Assembly (NCBI RefSeq): GCF_003918875.1
Contig: NW_025765392.1
Location: 1,116,001-1,180,000, forward strand
Length of the DNA: 64,000 nucleotides
Direction: 5' to 3'
DNA from: Haliotis rubra
Taxonomy: Eukaryota
Position 1 is the first letter of the stretch. The number at the start of each line of letters is the position of its first letter. Shown here piece by piece: positions 24,197 to 36,517 of the stretch. The notes beneath the pieces were generated by a model, which was not told the origin of the DNA, searched no databases, and worked only from the letters and a program-made list of their open reading frames with translations. A program made the translations under genes and the position numbers.

Positions 24197-25863
24197 TACT
24201 AAGCAGCAAAAGAAACGTCAGTTTGGAATTTTCCTTCCCAGAAACGGATACCTGTAAACTAACTCATTTAATGTTTTGATTGAATATTTTTGACAACATC
24301 TCCAACTTTACCTGAGCAAAGACATTCCTTCTCAGACTCAGAATGGAACCCAGGAAATGGTATCAAAAACACAACCTGATCTCGGAGATGGTACGGTGTT
24401 CTCCATGTTTTTCATGCAACTCATGCTGCACGAGCTGTTCACAAGGACCAGCCCTATAAAATGCACCCCCAAACCTGGTTGAAACATTCACATTACAACG
24501 TCAGCAGGATGCCGCGACTCATGACAGCTCAGAGGATCCAGGGGGCGGTGGGGGTAGCCTAGTGGTTAAAGCGTTGGCTCGTCACGCCGAAGACCCGGGT
24601 TCGACTCCCCACATGGGTACAATATGTGAAGCCCATTTCTGGTGTCCCCTGCCTTGATGTTGCTGGAATATTGCTAAAAGCGGCGTAAAACCAAACTCAG
24701 TCAGTCAGTCAGTCAGAGGAACCAGGCTCTAGGAAGACATGAAGCTGGCCACACTGCACAAGCCGTTGCCAATCACTTCCAGGTCAACGTTCGGACCATC
24801 TACAGGCTGCAGCAACGTTTCCGGGCCACCAACACCACAAATGATCGAGCCCGTACTGGCAGACCAAGGGTGATCAGAAGACGACAAGACCGCCATGTTG
24901 TGCGACAGCATGTACAGAATCCCTTCATGCAGGCATCCGAAACAGCACGCAGACAGTGGGAACACACGGAACCAATCAGTACTGATACAGTACGCCGACG
25001 TCTCAACAGCGGGAAACTCCATTGCCATAGACCTTACTGTGGACCTATCCTCATCCCTCGTCATCGGTGTGAACGTCTACAGTTTGCCCTACCAAAACAC
25101 CAAAACTGGCGATACAGGCAATGGAAAACTGTTCTGTCCACAGATGAGAGTCGGTACTGCGTATCAACTGCAGATGGCAGAACAAGAATATGGCGACGAC
25201 GTGGCCAGCGTTACTCAGACCAATGTGTTATGGAAAGAGACTCATGGGGAGGTGCAAGCATCATGGTATGGGGTGGAATAGGCCTGAACCAGAGAGTGGG
25301 TCCTGTGGTGTTCCAGAACCTTGGTCCAGGGAGAGGAGACGGCATTTCGCATGTCACCGGAACAACATTTTCCAGCATGATAACACCCGGGCCCATACTG
25401 CCAGGGCTACACGGGACTTCCTACAGCGGAACGGTGTCAACATTATGCAGTGGCCAGCTCTTAGTCCTGATGTAAACCCAATTGAACACCTTTGGGATGA
25501 AATTCAGAGGAGACTGAATAATGTCATACCAAGGCCGAACACAGCCGATTTATTGCGCCAGGCCTTTCTCAGAGTGTGGTTCAAGGTGCCAATAGCCTTC
25601 ATCAATCGATTGGTGCACTCCATGCAAAGACGCTGTGCTGCAGTTATTGCCGCTCGTGGTGGTCACACTAGACACTGAAGTCAAGGGTCTGAATGGACTG
25701 CAAACGTTCACGTAATGTCTTTGAATCGAGTTATTTATTGATATGTCAAGATATTGAACACAAAAACTGTTTTTGATCCGGTTATTATGTCCATTTCTGT
25801 AATGATTTGATTACTGTGCCCATCTAATTTTGAATTCGTACTGACGTTTTACTGCTGATTATA
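24197..25863 (+). mobile_element. Tc1/mariner DD34E transposon, defective (transposase 24509-25678)
   Basis: MPRL..GRPR N-terminus, STDESR, VWGGI, QHDN-x-SPDVNPIEHLW with 34 residues between D and E, GHTRH*; degenerate TIRs. Broken by a SINE and by a frameshift/deletion near 25345. Confidence 0.92.
24541..24712 (+). mobile_element. SINE family A, inserted in a Tc1 transposase ORF
   Basis: TSD tcagagga(t/a)cca; (CAGT)n tail. Confidence 0.95.
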
Positions 25864-25885
25864 TTAACGAAGAACACACAGACCT

Positions 25886-26100
25886 GTGAGTTTAGTTTAA
25901 CGCCGCACTACGCAATATTCCAGCTATATGGCGGCGGTCTGTAAACAATCGAGTCTAGACCAGACTATCCAGTGACCAACATCATAAGCATTGATCTACG
26001 CAATTGGGATACCAGTCAGCGAGCCTGATGACCCGATCCCGTTGGTCGCCTCTCACGACAATCATGGGTTACTGAAGATCAATTCTAACCCCACAGGGTC
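25886..26100 (-). mobile_element. SINE family B
   Basis: Reverse-complement match; near-perfect TSD cacag(a/t)cctgtga. Confidence 0.88.
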
Positions 26101-28620
26101 CACAGTCCTGTGATATTTCACCTCAAACTGGATATTGGTTTAGGATATATTTTTGAATTACACATCACCATTCCGCATACAGAGTGACTGAGTTATTGTA
26201 AAACCCTGAATAGTTTGAAGGGAAAATCGTAGTTCCTAAGATGAACATACACAGGGCAAATTAAAGTGAGACATTTTGTGATTTCGTGTGAAACGTTACA
26301 TTTGGGTCATTTTGGCTACTTTGAGGCTTAGTAATATAAGCTGACTAATTGACTTCCATCTGAGGTTGTCTACTCCTCCGACACGTGCAGATCTACACGC
26401 AAGCAGCATCACCAACACCGACAGCGTCATCTTCCTACGCCAACGTTGACGTCCCTGAGCGGCACCTCTTGAAAAACATACTGCATTCCACGTTTGATAG
26501 TTGAGACTGTGTAGAGAGAGACCAGTTTAGCAGTTGTGTTTGAACAGTCCGGGTGAATGATTCCTAAAAATAAATATACTCAACAATTCAAAGGGTATTG
26601 AGCTTTGATAAAACATTAACACAATGTGGCTCTTATTTGTCCTGTACTCACGGATATCAAGGTATTTCTACGCTAATGGAACTTCATCATTCACGCATAA
26701 TGCATTTACTCACGAAATCGAATTCGTGTACACATCGATATTGATTGTTATATTGGATCATAGCCTCTGTCATTGATTATTGATATATCATACATTCACT
26801 TGTAACGTAAGGAATGCGGTTTGTTATATCGGCCATCGATAATGCTTTCAACCGGTTACGTGAAACATACTGTTTATAAATTGTGTTCGCCACTGCAGTA
26901 CGAACATCCCGAAAGAGTTTAAAATCGACTAACATTTTTCTCCCCATAAACAAATGAATAACGGTTTATAGATCTTGTTCGTTTATGCAACTCTTACGGT
27001 GGCATTGTGTATGCTCTGTTTGGGCATTTCAAGCTTTGGGCACTATAGATTACAGATTATTTCAGTGTCATGGGTATTGGCAATTCATTCTGATCGTTGA
27101 AAGTGGTACAGGAAACTTATTATTGTATATAACACCGTACATAATATATGCCACGTGGTCTCCGTTATAGAGTGAATATTGTGTAACGCCGCGGACTGTT
27201 CAGTTCTTGCTGTATGACGTAAGTCTGCAGATAACTGACGACATGCATGGCAGATGACACCGAGAGGGTACTTTATTGCACTCGGTGTTCTGAATATCTT
27301 TATGAGATAATTCTGGTTATTTGAAACAGGTAAGTTGTGTAACCAAACAAGGTTATTCAAATATAGTGACTTAATAATGCCGAACTGTCTGTGGCCACCT
27401 CGTACTACATTCAAAAATGTCAACCAAACAAAACATTAGGTTTGTGGATAATCAAAATTCAATTTCTGTGTCCTGGGGATTAGTATTATATATCAATTGA
27501 ATATTTTTAATCGTTTATTTTCATCTATAAAGTAGTCGTGACAGAGTTATCTCCCTTCTGTTTTGTTTACATCCGGCATTGTCTGCTAGATCTGTCATCA
27601 TGGCTCACACTGTTTCCCCGTCCTGTGTGTATTAAATAAATCAAGGATTTTTTTGTAATTTTTGTATTTTTGGGTAATGTTTTGTACAATGTTTTGTTAT
27701 CTCTATATTTACAATGTAAACAGCTGTCGTCAATAACCGGATTTTACGACAATCACATGACCACCATCGCATGTAAAACCCGCTTTTGATAGTAAAGATC
27801 TACTGTCCCGGAGTCTACAGCTGATCCTGCAGTATTCAGAGTAATTGTCTTGACACACCTTTACAGGTACCCACTATACAACTCCGTTAATTAGGATAAC
27901 ACATTTGAATTGCATTTGTGGGAATGGTTCTTATATAAAACGTATTGCATATATTATAATTTGGCAACAAACAACCCGGAATAATGCCTCGCTTGTCATA
28001 TATTCGTTTCTTATGCTGTTGCTTCAAATATATAACTGTTACCATGATACGAGTATTAGAAGCTACCATATCCACTCAACACAATTGAAGTTGATGGAAG
28101 GAGGTTTCTGGAAGACATCTAGAGCAGGATGCATTGTTTGAGTTGCACATGTTATTGTTTACTGTTTCCCTTTGAAACATTACGGAAACGAATGTCAACT
28201 GTTACTGATAATATGTGCAATTTAGCAAATCCTCTGTTTTGAGCTATCACCTGGTGTTATCAGTGATTATAGTTATTGCTTCATAAACTATTTTACATCT
28301 ATTTTGCCCTTTACACCAAATATAATCTGTTTTCTGAGGACAGTCAAAACTGGATTTCCTTTGCACTGATGTCTGTATATTTGTGTGAGTCGCTTTCGCA
28401 AGGTGAGCCTTCCTGATCAACTATGTGATCTTGAAAATAATATGTAACTGTGATAGTGGATGAGACGTCTTTGAAGAAGTCTTGATCCCCCTGAGAGACT
28501 GATGCAATGAGTTTCGGCCTGCATGTAGCAGTCCGTGGAGGGAGTATAGACTTATTACCGCCATAATTCTGATTGATTTCCCCGTAACATATACATGGTG
28601 GCATGTCAGCATGAATCAAG

Positions 28621-28788
28621 TCAGTGAGTGAGTGAGTTGGGTTTTACGCCGCTTTTAGCAATATTACAGCAATATCACGGCGGGGGACACCAGAAATGGG
28701 CTTCACACATTGTACCCATGTAGGGAATCGAACCCGGGTCTTTGGCGAGATGAGCGAACGCCTTAACTACTAAGTTACCCCTGCACCC
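28621..28788 (-). mobile_element. SINE family A
   Basis: Reverse-complement match to the other copies. Confidence 0.9.
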
Positions 28789-30289
28789 ATCATGCTGAAT
28801 CAAGGCTGTGAGGAGAATCTGTGGGGTGTGCTCCACGTCACCAACGTTAGCAATGAGCTATCATTTAGATTGTAAACGGTTCACATTAAATAATGTGTGG
28901 GTATTATAGAATCACTAACTACGACAGACCATTTGCGAGGATGTCTTTGTGCAGTCTGGTTTAATGATCCCACATACATCAGAGGTAGTAAGTGATTACA
29001 TGCTTATTTAGCTTTGACACTAAATTAACACTCCGAAGCTATAATCTGCCTTTCCATTAACGCCAACACAAACGATAGTTCATGTTCCTATTTTGAAAGT
29101 ACCAAAACATGGTCTCAATCAATGACATTTGAAACTGTACTCAATCACCCTACTGAGTCATTTACCTAATGGCGGGTATTGCGAAAATTCATCACCACTC
29201 TTTGTCATCTTTTTGTCTTCTGGTTATTGGCATTTGCACTTAAACAAGTATTTTTCTGAAGAAATGGAATGTAATCCCGCGTGTATAGATCCATATTACA
29301 ATTTACACTGAATAATCTCCCCGTGGTCAATAATATTCTCCTCCATGTATGTCAGTGTAAACATAATTACCCATGCAAGCACACACATAGAGAAAGTATG
29401 TTGTCTTTAACACGATTAAAACATGCCATGGCATAGCAACCCGCACCAACAATAATTACATAATTAGTCAGTGCATTGTAATTGGAGAATGACATGATAT
29501 AGATGTAAACTCATTAACTCCGGTAGGCCTATTTCCAGATACTGCATCTGCAACCTGGCTCCAGCTGTGCCCAGTTCATATGTTAGTTCAACCTTGAGAA
29601 GCACTGCTACAAGCGATTGCATGAATAAATGCTATGTCTCATTAAGCTATATCTACACAACAAACATGTAAAGGTTCATTGTGAAGAAACAGTTTTTCAG
29701 ACCTGATATAAGGACATAAAAAAAGGATGTGGCATAGTGCAAACACCGATGTTGCCTGTCTGACTAATATGACCTACTGCTCATTTTCAGAACTAAACTA
29801 GAGATGATCTGTATTGAGAAGCTATTTTATCTAAGAAAGGGATTGCTATGTTATCACTCTATCCTTATGAAACATAAGGGGGTTAGCGTGCATATTTTTT
29901 GCGATTCGCAAACTTGTTAAATTCCGGTACAAATTTACACTTTACCATGCAATCTCCCTGATAGTCGTTTTGCATAAACGCTACCAAATAGTATTTTACA
30001 GTGTTCCACAATCAGATGACACCAAACAATTCTACGAGTCATGGGAACTGAACAAAGGAGTGAACATGTGAACACGTCAACTCAGGGTCGACTCAGGGCC
30101 CAGACATACTCGGTCTCTGTTGTATTCAATTTGGAAAAGTCCAGATGTTTATTTTAAACATTTAAAATATTTACTGAGGTCTTAAATGCTGTAATCCTGG
30201 TCACAGAAACTAGCAGAATCAGTTATATGAATTCCGGAAAATCTTAAGAGAAAAACATTTTCAATTGTACCTCTAAACTTTTAAAACAG

Positions 30290-30356
30290 CAGTATTGAAA
30301 TGTATGGCACTTACGACTATCGTAGCGCTAAGAGAGCTTCGAAAATCTAGGCCCAG
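30290..30356. mobile_element. Probable terminus of a non-autonomous DNA transposon (MITE)
   Basis: cttacgactatcgtagcgctaagagagcttcgaaaatctaggcccag resembles common MITE ends (from recall); the partner end is not clear. Confidence 0.4.
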
Positions 30357-31503
30357 GGCGTTTAGATATAGCATACAGGATTCAATGCTTTCAACCAATG
30401 AAATTATTTATTCACTCTTATGCATACACAGCTTATACACAGTGTTAATTTTTAGAGTGATGGTGGTGGTTGCACTAAATGCGTAAAAAGAAAGAATTAA
30501 CAGAATTACGCTTCTTCACTGACATGCTTTATGAAAGTATTTTCCTAAATTACGCATTTAGACGAGTTTCCATGTGCGTGATGAGTAGTGCGCAGTGCGT
30601 AAACAATTCTTGATACTGAAATAGTAAAAGCTGTTGCCATGCACTCATGCTGGGTGCAGCGTAGTGCGTGACTTTGCTTACGCTCAAAAACGTGTTCGAA
30701 TACGCATCACGCAGTTATATGAGAATTTATTGAAACACTTTGTTTCACAGTAACTAAGGAAAATGCAATAGGCCAGATACGTAACAAGCTGTAATACATA
30801 CAGGATGAACGTATGTGCACTCATGAATGTTCAAACACTTCGGGTACGAGTCATTTCTAAGTTGAATTAAATTATTAACCACGAAAGTCAGAATTCAGTG
30901 TCAAACCAGCGAACAACAAAGACATGTTTTACAGTGATCAATTGTGTTCTAGAATTGGATAGGTTTAGACATTTAAAATTCACGGCAAAATATTTACCAT
31001 GGCCGTACACTTTTGAATAACAGTAAAAGTTGAATGACAGTAGAATGATGATTGGCGTAGGAAACAAAACAGCAGTTGTAATAGCAATGAAGTAATATTT
31101 ATGTTCCCCAAGTAGCAACAGTGGTCAAGCGTCCATACTGGATATCCAGGGTGGAAGAATTGTCTAAACACAACCACTGGTCTTGATGTAATGTGAGAGG
31201 ACAGGAGCAAGCATGTGCCCCTTGTTTTATGTATATAGAACAAATCTTTTTCAGAACATTTTGTAACATACTGGATGTGACTACACCGGACACATTGAAT
31301 GTGGCGTGATTTTTCAATCACGGAACAGTGTTTCACGTGTATTACATTGTGTCTTTTGACATTCAGTATATAGACTGTAATATTTAGACTGTGAGTTCTG
31401 GAAGGTACTTCAAGCGCGTCAACCGCATGGGCGTTTTCTGCTTAATCTAGTCCAGAACATGTTGGAATATTCAACAACAGTTACACTATATATAGAAGTG
31501 CGC

Positions 31504-31865
31504 TTTGCCTCTAGCATCTCACATTTCATCTCACCGGCGTTACAAGAAGACCAGGAGTCGTGTGACTGTTGCAGCCTGGTGAATAGTACCACTATTGTCT
31601 GCAGACAACGCTCTTCTGTTATACTGATTCAGGGTTTGCAACTCTATTTTAAACTTCCAGTGTCACTCACTCACTCTACAAAGCCTCTCGCATCTCACAT
31701 TTCATCTCACGTTACAAGAAGACCAGAAGTCGTGTGACGATCGCTTGGATTCTCAGCTTATGTCTATTGTAGAAGTTTGACGACTGTTGCAGCCAGGTGA
31801 ATAGCACCACCATTGCTGCTGTCAACGCTTTTCTTGTGTACTGCTTCTGCATTTTCAACTCTGTT
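31504..31865. repeat. Local imperfect tandem duplication (about 180 bp)
   Basis: gcatctcacatttcatctcac..ttacaagaagaccag..gactgttgcagcc occurs twice. Confidence 0.8.
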
Positions 31866-32068
31866 TTGCATTATGTTTCTGTTATTCCTTTGTAGTGGTT
31901 TGTATTGATTTGTAAACTTGGTAAATTTTAGAATACAATTGTTAATTGCATCGAATTCATTTGCATTTTGTTTGTTTCACACCAAGTTCTTTTGCTGAAA
32001 ACATTCCAGTTAAATTATAGATTCAACTTGGCAATCAACACGTAACAACATCAATGCTGTTCTTCCTC

Positions 32069-32235
32069 GGGGCGGTGGGGTAGCCAAGTGGTTAAAGCGT
32101 TGGCTCGTCACGCCGAAGACCCGGGTTCGAATCCCCACATGGGTACAATGTGTGAAGCCCATTTCTGGTGTCCCCCCGCCCTGATGTTGCTGGAATATTG
32201 CTAAAAGCGGCGTAAAACCAAACTCAGTCAGTCAG
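32069..32235 (+). mobile_element. SINE family A, (CAGT)n-tail subfamily
   Basis: TSD tcttcctc. Confidence 0.95.
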
Positions 32236-32583
32236 TCTTCCTCATTCCTCTTGCATTCATGTCTAAATAGAGAGAAGTAGCACACCACTGCACTCTACTG
32301 AATCGTCACTTATACACTGTAGTACAAATACAATACTTTTGTCAAATGTAACACTGCCACATACGATTGTTGAATTTCATTTGTGGGGCGTTCTCCGTGC
32401 CTGAATTCAGAATATTGTCGCAGATTCGGAGGAAATAGGTGTTATCAAAGTGGTGTCTAAACCACAGGTACAGACTGTCAGAAACTGTCCCATCTCTCAC
32501 GATCACAATGCATACATGGGCAAACAACTCTAATGGTACTATTATTAAAACAAGTATGCAAATCGCCATTCGCTTCCTCCGTT

Positions 32584-32817
32584 AGCTTCCGGGTTAGATT
32601 TGTTATTAAGTAACCCATGCTTGTCGTGAGAGGCTACTAACGGGATCGGATGGTCAGGCTTGCTGAGTTGGTTGACACATGTCATCGTATCCCAATTGCG
32701 TAGATCAATGCTCATGCTGTTGATCACTGGATTCCCTAGTCCAGACTCGATTATTTACAGGCCGCCGCCCTGTAGCGGGAATATTGCTGAGTGCGGCGTA
32801 AAACTAAACTCACTCAC
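32584..32817 (+). mobile_element. SINE family B
   Basis: TSD tcctccgtt, (ACTC)n tail. Confidence 0.9.
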
Positions 32818-33089
32818 TCCTCCGTTGACTACGGTTCAACTATATTTGTGAAAGCAAATGATACTATTTAATAACTGTTTAATCATTTCAGGAAAAGTTA
32901 GTTACAGAGTATACGACATGCAGCAAATGATAAACTGAAACATTTGAAGTGTCTAATGAAATTCTAAATGTTTTCAGTTATTGCTTCTCCGGGAGGAGTG
33001 ACAGCCGCAAGGTGACACTCATCAAGTAGTTTAATTCAAATTCCTGTTCTGTTAATCTGTAGATAAGGTCTCAATATATCACTGTACGA

Positions 33090-33425
33090 CTGGTTGGCCC
33101 GTGGGGGACTGTTACAACGTCGGATGGCTGTGTCGCTGTACAGACAATGATGACGTTTCCGGGGGCCCATGTGCAAGACGTCCACGCGCCAAAACGCCAA
33201 GAAAGATGAACACGAGTGGCCCAGGTTCAAGGCTGCAGTAACCACAACTCAGACTCTCACAGGACCTTGTCGTATCCACCGCAACACAGTCAGGGATCGC
33301 TAACGTCATTGCGAGATACGATTACGTCGTACCGACAAATGACCTATCTTGACGCAACGTATCGGGGAAATTGTCAAAGGTTGTGCCTAAATCATGTCCG
33401 TCAAGCTCGGTTGTGGTGGATGTTG
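33090..33425 (+). mobile_element. Degenerate Tc1 relic co-duplicated with the receptor unit (paralogs near 37770-38330, 48630-48900, 53170-53940)
   Basis: GRPRAGRP-type and RHYGLRPRRP relics in the 53125-53475 ORFs; nucleotide homology among the copies. Confidence 0.7.
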
Positions 33426-33516
33426 CTTCAAAATACCCTTGAATGTTAATTCAGTACAACAGTTACAGATAGTTTGAGACTTTATCATACTGGCAGAAAG
33501 TCATGAGAAGATTCCT

Positions 33517-34746
33517 TTATTGTGTTATATGGACGAGGAATCCCACAGACACAACCATCCAAAGAACCGTGAATATAACCATACACAGAGAGTCAGCAGT
33601 TACACAGTACCCAACAGAAATACTCCGACCTTCCAGAACCTTTCCAGTTGGATTCCCACTGCCGGCCGAACCATTGGTTTTGGAATCCAGATGAACCTGG
33701 TCCATGACCCTGCGTCTACTTCCTGGAAATGGTACGGAGCAAAAACGCGGTATCATGAACAATGCCGATTGTGGATTTTTCTTGTTGACCTTCGCAGGAT
33801 CTTTCATGACGATGAAGATGGTGGTGACCACGGACAGAACGCTGATTCCAAGGAGACACGTTAGATACAGGGTGACCATTGGGATGTTGTCGGACGATTT
33901 GGGAAGTAGTTCACTCACGATGCTCATGAATACAGTCAGAGCGAGAAGGCACGTGATGGCATACGAAACCTTCTCGCCACAGTCACACGGAAGTGAGAAG
34001 ACGAATATGTTGAGAAATGAAAGCACCACCACAGGAAGTATTACATTGAGGACAAAGAACATCGGACGCCTTTCAAGATCAATCGCAACGTAAAGGAATG
34101 AGAACCTTGATTCTACAACAAATCTTTCAGTAGTGTATGCTCTGGAAGCTGAAAGAATCCATTCTCCATTTTCTGTGTACTCTTGGGTGTTTGCAGTAAT
34201 CAGTGATGAAACCATTTGCAGCCCGTTTGAATCATAGCTGACGGGTAGAAATCGGAACTGGCATGTCTGAACATCAAATGGAAATAACGTCAGATCTAAC
34301 TTGCAGTCAGTAACAAAGTTTGCCCCAGGTAACCAAGTTACTCTGCCGTCGCTGTAAACTGTAATGGAGGATGTCTCGTCTTTGAAGACATCCCGATCCT
34401 CAACAGACACTGGTACGATGAGTTTCGGTCTCCATATGTCAGTCAGTGGAGGATGTATAGACTTTATGCCGCTATAATCCTCAGGATTCCAGGTGAGAAA
34501 CTCGTCCCGCCATGTTAGATTCATCCACATGTTGCTGTGGAGGATCTGTCTGACCTGGTCTACTTCAGTTATGGCCACCAAGTTGAATCTGCTGTGAACG
34601 TCAACATGTTGACTCTGGTTGTATACTGGTCTGATTTTAGTGCTGTAGTTTCCAAACATGTCGCTATACAGTCTCTTCATCCCCTCAATACTGCCTGCTG
34701 CAGATCTACACAGGGCCAACAGCACCAGCACATACAGGAGCTTCAT
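33517..34746 (-). CDS. nAChR-like Cys-loop ligand-gated ion channel subunit with intronless CDS, copy A (409 aa, non-alpha type)
   Basis: Signal peptide MKLLYVLVLLALCRSAAG, WxD, IWRP, Cys-loop CKLDLTLFPFDVQTC, ENGEW, four TM segments, M1-M2 linker PCDCGEK. ATG at 34746; the track's longer start is a GTG. Confidence 0.95.
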   Translation of the reverse strand: MKLLYVLVLLALCRSAAGSIEGMKRLYSDMFGNYSTKIRPVYNQSQHVDVHSRFNLVAITEVDQVRQILHSNMWMNLTWRDEFLTWNPEDYSGIKSIHPPLTDIWRPKLIVPVSVEDRDVFKDETSSITVYSDGRVTWLPGANFVTDCKLDLTLFPFDVQTCQFRFLPVSYDSNGLQMVSSLITANTQEYTENGEWILSASRAYTTERFVVESRFSFLYVAIDLERRPMFFVLNVILPVVVLSFLNIFVFSLPCDCGEKVSYAITCLLALTVFMSIVSELLPKSSDNIPMVTLYLTCLLGISVLSVVTTIFIVMKDPAKVNKKNPQSALFMIPRFCSVPFPGSRRRVMDQVHLDSKTNGSAGSGNPTGKVLEGRSISVGYCVTADSLCMVIFTVLWMVVSVGFLVHITQ

Positions 34747-34769
34747 CTTCCTGTGTCCCCTTTGAATGT

Positions 34770-34802
34770 AATGAGGCACTGATCCTCACAGTTTTATTAA
34801 AT
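34770..34802 (-). promoter_or_regulatory. Candidate core promoter (TATA-like plus Inr-like) of receptor copy A
   Basis: ATTTAATAAAA about 29 nt upstream of TCATT, 26 nt before the ATG; a similar arrangement is present upstream of the paralogs. Confidence 0.4.
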
Positions 34803-36517
34803 CCTATCTACATTTCAAGTTTGTTAGCTTGCTGGCGTTAGAAAACCACCAGACACGTGAGAATAATTTGTTCAGTCTTGGTGGGTGATTGAACAAACAA
34901 GACAGATAGCCAAACAAATCAATGGCCATTAAACGCTTCGGCTTTTGTCATTCAGCAAGCTATGTTGATAATTAGACGGATATTCCAGCACTAATGGAAC
35001 CTAAGCATCCCTGCACAATGCTTTTTCTCACGACATTGAATTAATGACATTGTTTACACATCGATACTGACGGATATAAAGGCTAGCATTATCCTTACAG
35101 GGATTACCAATACTTGATACGTTCCGAATTTGTAACACTGTGTATGAAATATGTTATAGGGTACAACGTTATGGTTTCGTCAGTTGTCCTCGTGAACAAC
35201 ATCATTTATCAACTGATGTTGCTGTCGTACAAACATCTCAAGTAAGTTGCTAACCAACAAACGTTTCATCTCAAGATTATGTCAATAAATCTTTATATTG
35301 TATATAGATAGTTGATATCCATCGGAGTACAGAAATGGCTGTCCAATTCAGGTCAAGTAAAGTTCTTACTGTTGACCCCAGTTATGGAGCGAATGTTTGT
35401 CTATGTGATGCATAGGTAAGTCTATCTGAATCACTGCAACACAGAGCCAGCAAATCGTACCGTCGGGCACAAGGACTTCATCATACAGATAATACATTGT
35501 ATCCATGCAATCCTCTCATAACCTTTGTATATTCTGAGGATTGCATGGATACAATGACATTGTATTATGCACCCCCAAACTATACTGGTAACTACGAAAA
35601 TTCCACGGCAAAATTGATAATGATGTTACACACATATTTCATTGTGCTTAATTGTGCGCCATAGCAACGTGTATTTTCGTTGAGCTGTCACATTGATTTA
35701 CTGATACTGCAGATCGACGGAAGAAGGTATCTTTATCCAACACTACAGGAGGTTGAGTTTGCCCTCAAGAAGGTTGTCATATAGTTTCAAACCATGAATG
35801 ACTACGTAACCATTTTGTAACGGTAAGCAAAGCATATCACCATAGGCAGTCAAACGTCCTGTGGACGTGATTGACAAACCATGGACAAACCATCACCTTC
35901 CAATACATACACGTGTTTCTCTATTTTGGCATCTCGTATTGTGTTTAAAAAAATGGATGTATTAGTTGTTTACACAGATACGGTGAGAACACGCCCTTTT
36001 TGACACAATTTATATCCACGTTGCATTATTGTCTTAACGTAAAGAGATTTATGATAAGAAACTGTATACTGCCCACAAGAGGAAAATGTGAAAACAGGGA
36101 ATCACTATCAATATAAATATATACTAACGGGAAAGGTAACAGTGCATAAAATGAAAAAGCATCAAATCTATTTGAAAAGTATAAAAATAACTCTACATAA
36201 ACATGCAGCAAGGCCCTTTGCATGAAAGTTGATTTCACGTATGGTGCGTGGCACTTGTACTTTGTGCATGATGTAATTACTCGCTTTTTGCATGCTTTTT
36301 GACGCCTGAAGTTCACACACCTGATATTAAGAAATGAGGAACAGTTTATTGTTCTCTAACCTATGAATGTTGTGGAAAACTTGGTAATTTCAACCTAAAC
36401 TGGGATTCGAACCCACGCCCTCAGAGTCAGGCCCCTAATCGCCAGCACACAAAAGTACTAGAATCTGTGCTTTACTAAGAAAGTGTAATCCCAAATATAA
36501 GATAAGTTACATTTGAC

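Noticed and set aside
33704-34093. Conserved 127-129 aa + strand ORFs antisense to each receptor copy (also 38693, 49310, 54397)
   Set aside because: Shadow ORFs of the hydrophobic TM-coding strand, conserved only because the paralogs are recent.
34747-34779. N-terminal extension MPHYIQRGHRK on receptor copies A and B
   Set aside because: It begins at GTG, is absent from the other paralogs and precedes a clear signal peptide. The ATG of MKLL is the likely start.
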